DNA from: Polyangia bacterium
GTDB lineage: Bacteria > Myxococcota_A > Polyangia > Palsa-1104 > JAEUJZ01
Direction of reading: 5' to 3'
DNA length: 64,000 bases
Assembly (NCBI GenBank): GCA_046351615.1
Contig: JAXLYF010000011.1
Location: 74,882 to 138,881 of the forward strand
The notes below the pieces were generated by a model that saw only the letters and a list, made by a program, of their open reading frames with translations, was not told the origin of the DNA and ran no database searches. Within the stretch, counting starts at the first letter, position 1. Each line of letters starts with the position of its first letter. The translations under genes were made by a program, and so were the position numbers. This document shows, in pieces, positions 56,672-64,000 of this stretch.

Positions 56672-58480
56672 ATGAGACGGCTTTCGGCTGTGCTGAAACA
56701 AGAGGTGCGATCTCGGCTGTTTGCGACGCGACTGGGATCGGTGCTGGGGAAGGTGCTGGCCCGATCGATTCCGGTGTACTACGACCCGGCGTATCGGCTA
56801 CCGCTGCCCGCGTTCGAGGGGAAGATGGGCGCGGAGCCTCGACGAGCGGACTTCGTTGCGTGGTACTGCCAAGCAGAGCCGCTGCTGTCGCGCTGTGTGC
56901 TGCGTCGTCCCGAGCGAATCCAGTATGAAGATCTGCTCCGGGTGCATACGCCGACGTATCTGGACGCTGTGAATCATGTGGAAGAGCTGGGGCGAATTTT
57001 CGCGAGCGATCCGACCGAGCTGCCGCTTGATGAGCTGATGTTGTCGATGCGGCTCGGCTGTGGCGCAACGCTGTCTGCGACGCGCTGGGTGCTGTCCAAA
57101 GGAGGCGCTGCGGTGAACCTTCATGGCGGCTTTCATCACGCAGCACGCGCGCACGGAAGCGGACTGTGTGTGTGGAACGATCTGGCGGTTGCGATTGCGG
57201 TGGTGCGCAGCGAAGGGTTTTCAGGACAGGTTGTGATCTTGGATCTGGATGCGCATCCTCCCGACGGATCGGCGGACTGTTTGGGAGCCGATGAAAAGGT
57301 GTTTATCGGATCGCTGTCTGGATCAGACTTTGGAACGCTCGGTCCGGCTGATGTGGCCGATGCGCACCATCGCATCGACGAGACGCTGCTTCCTGAAGGC
57401 TGTGAGGACGGACGCTATCTGGCGGCGCTGTCATCGCTTCTGTCGCGGATTCCGAAGCCCGATCTGCTGATGGTGATCGCGGGCGGAGACGTGCTCCGAA
57501 ACGATCGCTTGGGAAAGCTGGGTCTGTCGCTTGAGGGCGCGCGCGCACGCGATCGCATGATCGTGCATGCACTGCCTGATGTTCCGACGGTGTGGACACC
57601 GGGTGGCGGCTACAGTGCGGACGCGTGGAAGGTGCTGGCTGGCACGCTGCTCGCGGTGGCTGCGGACTCTTCGCAGCGCATCCTGTCGGACTATGATCCG
57701 CTGCGCTCGCGCTTTGCGAACATTGCCAGCGATCTGTCTGTTTCATCGCTGGGTGGTGCCGATGAAATCAGTGAAGAAGATCTCGCGGATCTGCTGGGTG
57801 CGCCAGTGGAACGGAGACGACTTCTCGACTACTACACCGCCGAGGGACTGGAATACGGACTGACGCGCTACGGAGTCCTTCCGTTTCTGCGCAGGCTTGG
57901 CTATGACCGCTTCCGCATCGAAGTCCGAAGGGCTGCGTCCGGTGGGGATACGATGCATCTGTTTGGACAAGTCAAAGACGGAAAGGAGTCTCTGCTCATC
58001 GACTGTAGCGTCGAAAAACAGCAGCTCGGACAAGATCCCGTGCTCTATGTTCACTGGCTGAACTTGCGCAATCCGCAAGCGCAGTTTTCCGTTAGAAGAC
58101 CGCAGCTTCCGGGCCAAGATGTTCCAGGGTTAGGAATCGCGCGTGAGATGGTGGAAGTACTGGGTCGCGTCGCAGCGCGGCTGAAGCTACACGGGGTTGC
58201 GTATCGTCCTGCGTACTTTCATACCGCGTATCCGGCGCGTCATCGCTTTCGCTTTGTGCAGCCTGACAGGCAGGGGCGATTCTTGGCGCTGGTGCGCGAT
58301 CTGTCGTATCTGTCTTTGCTGGATGCGTCGACGGCGCTGGCGGAAGGAAGGGTGCGTCTGTGCGGGGCTCCCTATCAGTGGGAAGCCGATGAGATGGTGT
58401 ACTTTTTGACGCCGCGTAGTGAAGACGAAGAGCAGATCCGACATGCGCTGGCAGAGTGCCAGTTCACCGTCGTTTCATAG
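56672..58480 (+). CDS. Histone-deacetylase-family (arginase/deacetylase fold) protein with about 250-aa C-terminal extension
   Basis: VYYDPAY...LHGGFHHAARAHGSGLCVWNDLAVAI...ILDLDAHPPDGSADC are HDAC/AcuC-like zinc-site motifs. The C-terminal extension is of unknown fold. Confidence 0.65.
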   Translation: MRRLSAVLKQEVRSRLFATRLGSVLGKVLARSIPVYYDPAYRLPLPAFEGKMGAEPRRADFVAWYCQAEPLLSRCVLRRPERIQYEDLLRVHTPTYLDAVNHVEELGRIFASDPTELPLDELMLSMRLGCGATLSATRWVLSKGGAAVNLHGGFHHAARAHGSGLCVWNDLAVAIAVVRSEGFSGQVVILDLDAHPPDGSADCLGADEKVFIGSLSGSDFGTLGPADVADAHHRIDETLLPEGCEDGRYLAALSSLLSRIPKPDLLMVIAGGDVLRNDRLGKLGLSLEGARARDRMIVHALPDVPTVWTPGGGYSADAWKVLAGTLLAVAADSSQRILSDYDPLRSRFANIASDLSVSSLGGADEISEEDLADLLGAPVERRRLLDYYTAEGLEYGLTRYGVLPFLRRLGYDRFRIEVRRAASGGDTMHLFGQVKDGKESLLIDCSVEKQQLGQDPVLYVHWLNLRNPQAQFSVRRPQLPGQDVPGLGIAREMVEVLGRVAARLKLHGVAYRPAYFHTAYPARHRFRFVQPDRQGRFLALVRDLSYLSLLDASTALAEGRVRLCGAPYQWEADEMVYFLTPRSEDEEQIRHALAECQFTVVS

Positions 58481-58487
58481 GTGTGCG

Positions 58488-59495
58488 CTACTTGCTGTGG
58501 GAATCGCCGCTGCGTGAGGAATCGGAAGGCAGACAGTCGTATTCCTCTTTTCCGGGGGCCTGTCCGCAGGTCTGCGCCGTGCTGGCGCAGTCGACGCTGG
58601 CGAGTGATCCTTCATAGCAAAAGACAAGGACGGTCTTGTCGCAGCGTCCTGCGGAAGTGACGTCTCCACAGGCAGCATGCGAGGCCGGATGCGGACAGTC
58701 CGCACAGGTTCCAGACTCTCCCAAGTCTGGCTGGGAACGCAACAGCTCTTCAACGCTCAGCTTTTCATCACGCGCTTTGTGCGAAAGCGCGGTTCCAAGG
58801 TAGCGAATGTGCCATGGCTCGGGACGATAGCCGGTGATGCGCTGCTTCTGTGCAGGATAGCTGAGCGCAAAGCCAAAGTCCGCCGCATGGGACGCGAGCC
58901 ATTCAATGGCGGCTCCCGTCGGAATCCGTAGATCAATCACGCTGCCCAGCTGATGTTCACTGTGTCCCGGACGTGCAGCGCGACCGATCTCTTTGATCGT
59001 GGTGAACACACGCACTTGATCTTCATAGGAACGATACGCGGACTCAATCCGCAGCGCGTGACCTTGGGCTCTGGCCGCCGTGAGAAGCGAAACCAGGGGC
59101 TCGCGCACTTCGGACAAGACGCGATGTCGGCCCTTTTCGTCTTCTTCCCCGCGATCATTTACGCGCGTCAGCTTGTTTGCAGGATCGAACGCACAGCTTG
59201 GCAGACAGCGCGCGGGATTGACCCACGGAATGCGCGGACTTGCGTCGGGACCGCGTGCCAGCTGGGCGTCCGGCTCGCTGGCTGTCTTGGGCTCGGGCTT
59301 GGGCTCGGGCTTGGGAACCGCTGGCGTGATCGGCGGACGGATCGACGCTTCAGGAATCGGAACTGGCTGTGGTCGCGGCTGCACTGCGCTGGTACAGCCA
59401 GCGAGCAGCAGCATCGCCAGCAGGGGACGGAATCGCTGCGGATTGGCCCGGCAGTGCGGATGCTGGGACTGCAAAGACGGAAGGTGAATGATCAT
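58488..59495 (-). CDS. Peptidase M15 (VanY/LdcB-like D-Ala-D-Ala carboxypeptidase) lipoprotein with Cys-rich C-terminal domain
   Basis: Start at the internal ATG (MIIHLPSLQSQ...LLAMLLLAGC lipobox). HSEHQLGSVIDL matches the VanY SxHxxGxAxD motif. The C-terminal 70 aa have 10 Cys. Confidence 0.6.
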   Translation of the reverse strand: MIIHLPSLQSQHPHCRANPQRFRPLLAMLLLAGCTSAVQPRPQPVPIPEASIRPPITPAVPKPEPKPEPKTASEPDAQLARGPDASPRIPWVNPARCLPSCAFDPANKLTRVNDRGEEDEKGRHRVLSEVREPLVSLLTAARAQGHALRIESAYRSYEDQVRVFTTIKEIGRAARPGHSEHQLGSVIDLRIPTGAAIEWLASHAADFGFALSYPAQKQRITGYRPEPWHIRYLGTALSHKARDEKLSVEELLRSQPDLGESGTCADCPHPASHAACGDVTSAGRCDKTVLVFCYEGSLASVDCASTAQTCGQAPGKEEYDCLPSDSSRSGDSHSK

Positions 59496-60310
59496 GGCGT
59501 TTGCGTCTTGGGAGGAAGCGGAAACAGGCGCGAAGTGGTGCGCTGATACGCAGCATATGCGGGATACTTTTTCTTGGTGATGGCTTCCGTAAAGCGCGTC
59601 GATCCGTCGAAGAGCAGCGTCAGTAGCACCGCTCCCAGCGTGGTCCAGTCCGGCCACGTTCCGCTCGCTGCGTACGCAAACGCGGAAAACACCCACCACT
59701 GCGAGATCTCGCAAAAGTAGTTCGGATGACGGCTGAAGCGGAACAGTCCTGTCGTGAGGAATCCTGGCTCTACCGACACGCCGTTTCGCTTCTGCTCTGC
59801 TTTGTGAAGGTGAAAGTTCCACTGCTGCTGATCTGCGAGGGTTTCACCCGCAAGCAGCACCAGAAACAGCGCGGCCAGTGTGTAGTCGATGAATCCCAGT
59901 GGCGTTCCGCGATGTAGCCACGCTGTGTGAACCGGCGCGGCAATCAGGTACAGCAGCACGTTTTGATAGGGCGCAATAAACGTTGCATTGAAGAGCTGAA
60001 ACTTCACCGGACCGAGTCGCTCCCGAAGGATCTGCCAGCGATAGTCTTCGCCTCCTTTGGCATAGCCTCCCTTGCGTCCGAAGTTGTACGTCAGCCGCGC
60101 GCCCCACAACGTCACCAGCACCGCCATCAGGTTCAGCCGCGCATCGGAAAAGGACTCCCGATAGGCGACGTACGTTACAAATCCCGGCGGTGTGATCGAC
60201 CAGATGCGATCGACCCATGAACACTCTTTGGTCAGCACCGATAGGAGCCAACACAAAAAGATGATTCCTAACAGGACCGGAAGCAGATCGAAAAAAGGAC
60301 CGTTCATCAC
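59492..60310 (-). CDS. DUF1295 / steroid-5-alpha-reductase-like membrane protein
   Basis: Multi-TM protein with the C-terminal FSRHPNYFCEI motif typical of the 3-oxo-5-alpha-steroid 4-dehydrogenase/ICMT-like superfamily. Its stop overlaps the ATG of the M15 gene (ATGA). Confidence 0.6.
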   Translation of the reverse strand: MMNGPFFDLLPVLLGIIFLCWLLSVLTKECSWVDRIWSITPPGFVTYVAYRESFSDARLNLMAVLVTLWGARLTYNFGRKGGYAKGGEDYRWQILRERLGPVKFQLFNATFIAPYQNVLLYLIAAPVHTAWLHRGTPLGFIDYTLAALFLVLLAGETLADQQQWNFHLHKAEQKRNGVSVEPGFLTTGLFRFSRHPNYFCEISQWWVFSAFAYAASGTWPDWTTLGAVLLTLLFDGSTRFTEAITKKKYPAYAAYQRTTSRLFPLPPKTQTP

Positions 60311-60437
60311 ACACTTTGTATCGTGAATTGCGCGCGCTGAATAGCAGCTTGTTTGCGTCTGCCGGTTCCGCTACGTTCCCGCTCGGTCTTTGGATGACGC
60401 AGCGACTACTACCCCTACTGCCAAACAGGAGGCGACC

Positions 60438-61856
60438 ATGAGCGCTTTCAGGAATCGTACAGATGCATCCGCTTCCAGACTGTGGACTGTGCTTGGTGCG
60501 GCTCTGCTTGTACTGCAAGTGACCTGCACGCAGGAACGCAACAGCAGAACCATTGATGACGATCCAACGCCGATCGGTGCGATCGATATGACCGTTACGA
60601 CGCCGCAGTGCATGGGACTCGGCTGCAAGATCGCCGCGTGTCCACCATCGGGAAGTGACACGGTGGTGTACGGAAAAGTGACGGCTCCAAACGGAATCGA
60701 TCCGATCCGCGAAGCCATCGTCTACGTTCCTTCCAGCGGCGTTCCCGAAGAGTTCCCAAGCGAAGTAAGCTGCGAGGTCTGCAACAGTCCCGTAGGCGGT
60801 GTTCCCGTCACGCAGGCCATTACCGGAATCGACGGTACGTTCGAGCTGAAGCGCGTTCCTGTGACCGACAACACGCCGATTGTGATCCAGAAGGGTCGCT
60901 GGCGAAAGATGACCCGGATCAAGGTCGAAAAGTGTGAGCGCCAAGCGCTGTCTGCGGAAGATGCGCGGCTGCCGCGTACGCAAGGGGAGGGCGGCATTCC
61001 TCGCATGGCTGTTGCGGTAGGAAACTGGGATGCGATTGAGTGTGTGCTGCGCGGAGTCGGTCTGTCGGAGCGCGAGTTCAGTGCGCCAAGTGGATCGGGC
61101 GCGGTGCATCTTTACAACAATCGCACCGACGGTGACGGAGCCCCGGGAAGCGTCAACGTACGTGAGCTTCTCACCGATCTGAAGAAGATGAAGCAGTACA
61201 ACTTGATCTTCCTCAACTGTAGCGATGATACGTACTCTGCTTCGCTCCTGACGAATGCGCAGGTGAAGAAGAACCTGGTCGATTACGCAGCAGCCGGAGG
61301 ACGCATTTACGTCACCGATTGGTCGTATGACTTCATTGGACAGCCGCCGGAGTTTGCTCCCTACATCTGCTTTAACGACAACAAACCCTGCACGGATCTG
61401 AGCCCGCACGGACGGTTTACAGCGACGGATGGATTCCGAACTGGCAGCGTGAATCCACTGTGGGCAGAGATCGATCAGAGCCACCAAGGAGGCAAGAACT
61501 TGGCAAGCTGGATGGCCATGCTGGCGGACCCTTCGCCGGGTGGGAAGGTCAAGGTGGTTGATGATGTCGGCTCCTGGGTTCTGATGCGACAGACAGCGCA
61601 AGATCAGACCAAGTATCCTTCGACCACTTGGCTGTGGGGCACGATCAAGGGAGAGCGTCGTCCGGTGACGGTTTCCTTCGATTATCCCGCGCAGAATGCC
61701 TGCGGAAAGGTGCTGTATTCCAGCTATCACACGCGCGAACACAACGAGAGCGGACTGTTTCCTGCGTACTGTCCCAAGACCAAGCTGATCGCGCAAGAGC
61801 AGGTGCTGGAGTACTTGATCTTTGAGATCAGCTCTTGCATTGGTCCCATCGGTTAG
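60438..61856 (+). CDS. Secreted hypothetical protein
   Basis: Start at the internal ATG (MSAFRNRTDASASRLWTVLGAALLVLQVTC signal), with a CAGGAGG RBS. It is about 470 aa with several Cys pairs and no recognisable family. Confidence 0.45.
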   Translation: MSAFRNRTDASASRLWTVLGAALLVLQVTCTQERNSRTIDDDPTPIGAIDMTVTTPQCMGLGCKIAACPPSGSDTVVYGKVTAPNGIDPIREAIVYVPSSGVPEEFPSEVSCEVCNSPVGGVPVTQAITGIDGTFELKRVPVTDNTPIVIQKGRWRKMTRIKVEKCERQALSAEDARLPRTQGEGGIPRMAVAVGNWDAIECVLRGVGLSEREFSAPSGSGAVHLYNNRTDGDGAPGSVNVRELLTDLKKMKQYNLIFLNCSDDTYSASLLTNAQVKKNLVDYAAAGGRIYVTDWSYDFIGQPPEFAPYICFNDNKPCTDLSPHGRFTATDGFRTGSVNPLWAEIDQSHQGGKNLASWMAMLADPSPGGKVKVVDDVGSWVLMRQTAQDQTKYPSTTWLWGTIKGERRPVTVSFDYPAQNACGKVLYSSYHTREHNESGLFPAYCPKTKLIAQEQVLEYLIFEISSCIGPIG

Positions 61857-61951
61857 GATTGCAGTTCTCCGTACATCCGCGTCGATAGACTCCTGTCTCC
61901 TAAGCCGTTGTTTTTGCTGCGAATCATCGGCTATGATCGCTGCGCGTTATC

Positions 61952-63568
61952 ATGCAACGGCAGATCTTGACAGGCCCACCTGTAGAGACTCCCAGCTTAA
62001 GTCCTGCACCTTCCCTGCAACTGGCTCTTGTCATCCTGTGGTCTGCGCGTGAGCCACATCGGGTTGCCCAGAGTGCCATTTGTGAGACGGGAAAGCGGCT
62101 GATTCTGGGACGTTCTCCTAGTGCTGGGACAGATGAACATGCGCTCGGGTTTGTGCCGCAGCGAAGTCTTGGCGCGTCTTCCTTGTCCCGCAGTGCGGTG
62201 CATCATCAGACCGACACAGAGCTGCTGGGAGAAGCTCTGTCGCGACGACAGCTAGAGATCGTTGTCGATGGAGATGAGCTGTGCGTGCGCAACATCGGGC
62301 GCTGTCCGATGTGGGTGAATGGCGTTCTTACCGGTGCTGCGCAGGTGCGACATGGCGATACGATTCACTTGCAGCAGCAGCTTCTTTTGCTCTGTGTACG
62401 GCGCAGTGAGCGGCCTGTGCTGCGCTTCTATCCCGTCGAGCGCGCGGAGTCCTTTGGGATGGCAGATCGAGACGGAATCGTAGGAGAGAGCGCTGCGGTC
62501 TGGACACTTCGCGAAGAGCTTGCGGCCTGCGCATCCGGGGATGGTCATGTGCTGGTGCTGGGGGAAAGCGGAGTCGGAAAGGAGCTGGTTGCCCAGACCC
62601 TTCATCGCTTGTCTGTACGCAGTACGCGAACGCTGGTCTGTGAAAACGGAGCCGCACTGTCTGCGGGAATTGGCGCCGCGCTGCTGTTTGGGAATCGTCG
62701 CAACTTCCCCAATCCTGGCATGGAGGAACGCAAAGGACTCATCGGTGTCGCCGAGGGTGGGTCGCTGTTTTTGGATGAGATCGGCGATCTTCCGATTGAT
62801 CTTCAGCCGATGCTGCTGCGTGTGATGGAGCGCAGCGGTGAGTACATTCGTTTGGGAGAGGAGTCGAGTCCGCGTCGTGCCAATGTCCGCGTGATCGGTG
62901 CGACCAATCATCCAGAGCGGATTCGTCTGGAGCTGCGTCGCCGGTTTCATCACGAGATCATGGTTCCGAGTCTGTCCGATCGGCGCGAAGACATTCCGCT
63001 GCTGGTTCGTCACTGGCTGTGCAGTCAAGCGAGTACCCGACCTGCGCTTCGTCGCTTCCTTCGCAATCAGCAGCCACAGCTTGATCCGCTGCTGCTCGAT
63101 CAGCTGGTGCGTCACGGCTATCGAACGCATGTTGCAGAGCTTTCCTTTTTGCTAGAGCAAGCGGTACGGCGCAGTCCGGGCGACGTTCTTGTGCCCAGTG
63201 CAAGTGGCCTGATGGTAGGGCGAGAAGGAGGCTGGGATGCGGTGTCTCCTTCGCTGTCTGCGCGGGCTCCGACCTTGCGTCCTCGTACGATCGAGCTGCC
63301 TTGCGGTCCTGCGCTTCCGGGCTTGCTTGATGCGCCCTCTGTTCCGCTTGGGAGTCCGCCACTTCCGACGGCAGAACAGGCCCAGCGTGCGCTGGATGAA
63401 GCCGGTGGACAGGTGGTCCGCGCCGCTGCGATGCTGGCGATTACCAGACATCAGCTCAATCGCATGATTCGGCGGAACGGACTGGAAGTCCGGCGCAAGA
63501 GTGCGGGCAGTGCTACAGAGGACGCTGCGATCTGCGATGCCACTCGAACAAGATCAGCGCGAGGATGA
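61952..63568 (+). CDS. Sigma-54-dependent transcriptional activator with N-terminal FHA domain
   Basis: FHA-like N-terminus (KRLILGRSPSAG...HGDTIHL). AAA+ sigma-54 interaction domain (VLVLGESGVGKELVAQ, FLDEIGDLP, GAxNHP region). C-terminal HTH (QVVRAAAMLAITRHQLNRMIRRNGL). Confidence 0.8.
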   Translation: MQRQILTGPPVETPSLSPAPSLQLALVILWSAREPHRVAQSAICETGKRLILGRSPSAGTDEHALGFVPQRSLGASSLSRSAVHHQTDTELLGEALSRRQLEIVVDGDELCVRNIGRCPMWVNGVLTGAAQVRHGDTIHLQQQLLLLCVRRSERPVLRFYPVERAESFGMADRDGIVGESAAVWTLREELAACASGDGHVLVLGESGVGKELVAQTLHRLSVRSTRTLVCENGAALSAGIGAALLFGNRRNFPNPGMEERKGLIGVAEGGSLFLDEIGDLPIDLQPMLLRVMERSGEYIRLGEESSPRRANVRVIGATNHPERIRLELRRRFHHEIMVPSLSDRREDIPLLVRHWLCSQASTRPALRRFLRNQQPQLDPLLLDQLVRHGYRTHVAELSFLLEQAVRRSPGDVLVPSASGLMVGREGGWDAVSPSLSARAPTLRPRTIELPCGPALPGLLDAPSVPLGSPPLPTAEQAQRALDEAGGQVVRAAAMLAITRHQLNRMIRRNGLEVRRKSAGSATEDAAICDATRTRSARG

Positions 63569-63989
63569 ACGGATACAGCAGCAGCAAGTAGGCGCGCGGA
63601 ACGTCCTTTTGCCACGCTGCCACAATCACTGCCAGCGCCGGAATGGATGACAGCACATACATGCTGGGCATCGAGTTGCGCGCGATGGTGAGCATCGCTC
63701 CAAACCACGTCACCATCTCATAGACAAACACGATTCGGGTCGGAATCGCGGGCAGATAGATGAGCGCCAGCCGAGACATGAAGTTCTGCGCAAAGGTGAT
63801 GAGTAGCTGCGTGTAGATGGTTCGATGAAAGCGATTGCTGCGGAGTGCCTTTCGATGCACAACGCCCAAACAGAGCGTCACGGCCAGCAGCGCCAGCGAC
63901 AGCTTGACCGCACTGCCAATGATCCGCGTCTGATTCATCGACAAGTACTGAAGTGCAACCAGGCTGAAGACAACGACCACCGCGAGCAC
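63513..63989 (-). CDS. Hypothetical multi-TM membrane protein; the N-terminus may extend beyond window end
   Basis: 158-aa ORF with 4-5 hydrophobic helices. The frame is open up to the window edge, so the true start is uncertain. Confidence 0.3.
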   Translation of the reverse strand: MLAVVVVFSLVALQYLSMNQTRIIGSAVKLSLALLAVTLCLGVVHRKALRSNRFHRTIYTQLLITFAQNFMSRLALIYLPAIPTRIVFVYEMVTWFGAMLTIARNSMPSMYVLSSIPALAVIVAAWQKDVPRAYLLLLYPFILALILFEWHRRSQRPL

Positions 63990-64000
63990 TTGAACGATCT

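Overview
This 64 kb window is a high-GC bacterial chromosomal segment. Several features give it a myxobacterial (Myxococcota-like) flavour: many lipoproteins with L-x-G-C lipoboxes, an Oar-like TonB-dependent receptor, a DUF1592/DUF1552 (PSD1-type) gene pair, and an FHA-sigma54 activator. I support about 45 protein-coding genes. By eye there is no rRNA, tRNA, CRISPR array, transposase or integrase. The standout feature is a full-length bacterial homologue of the eukaryotic major vault protein (MVP) at 30524..33430 on the minus strand. It sits in a neighbourhood that also holds a four-EF-hand calcium-binding protein (stop codons 3 nt apart, convergent), a class III adenylate cyclase, two tandem vWA-domain lipoprotein paralogues and a WD40-repeat lipoprotein. 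Other content includes housekeeping genes (asd, ndk, methylmalonyl-CoA epimerase). There is a lipid-tailoring cluster (membrane desaturase, thioester-reductase-domain SDR, sulfotransferase). There is a heavy-metal efflux module (CDF transporter, OmpR/HK two-component pair, CzcCBA-type RND system). There is an operon of three membrane/secreted proteins (large polytopic protein, membrane spermidine-synthase-like protein, BNR/GH74-like protein). Unexplained non-coding structure includes a 43-bp tandem array (about 5.5 copies) between convergent genes and a family of 11-12 bp GGAATCG-core tandem repeats placed immediately after the stop codons of three separate + strand genes. There are also several conspicuously AT-rich intergenic islands carrying short TGCA/GCATG-type palindromes. 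All calls are from reading the sequence and the ORF track; no database search was possible.
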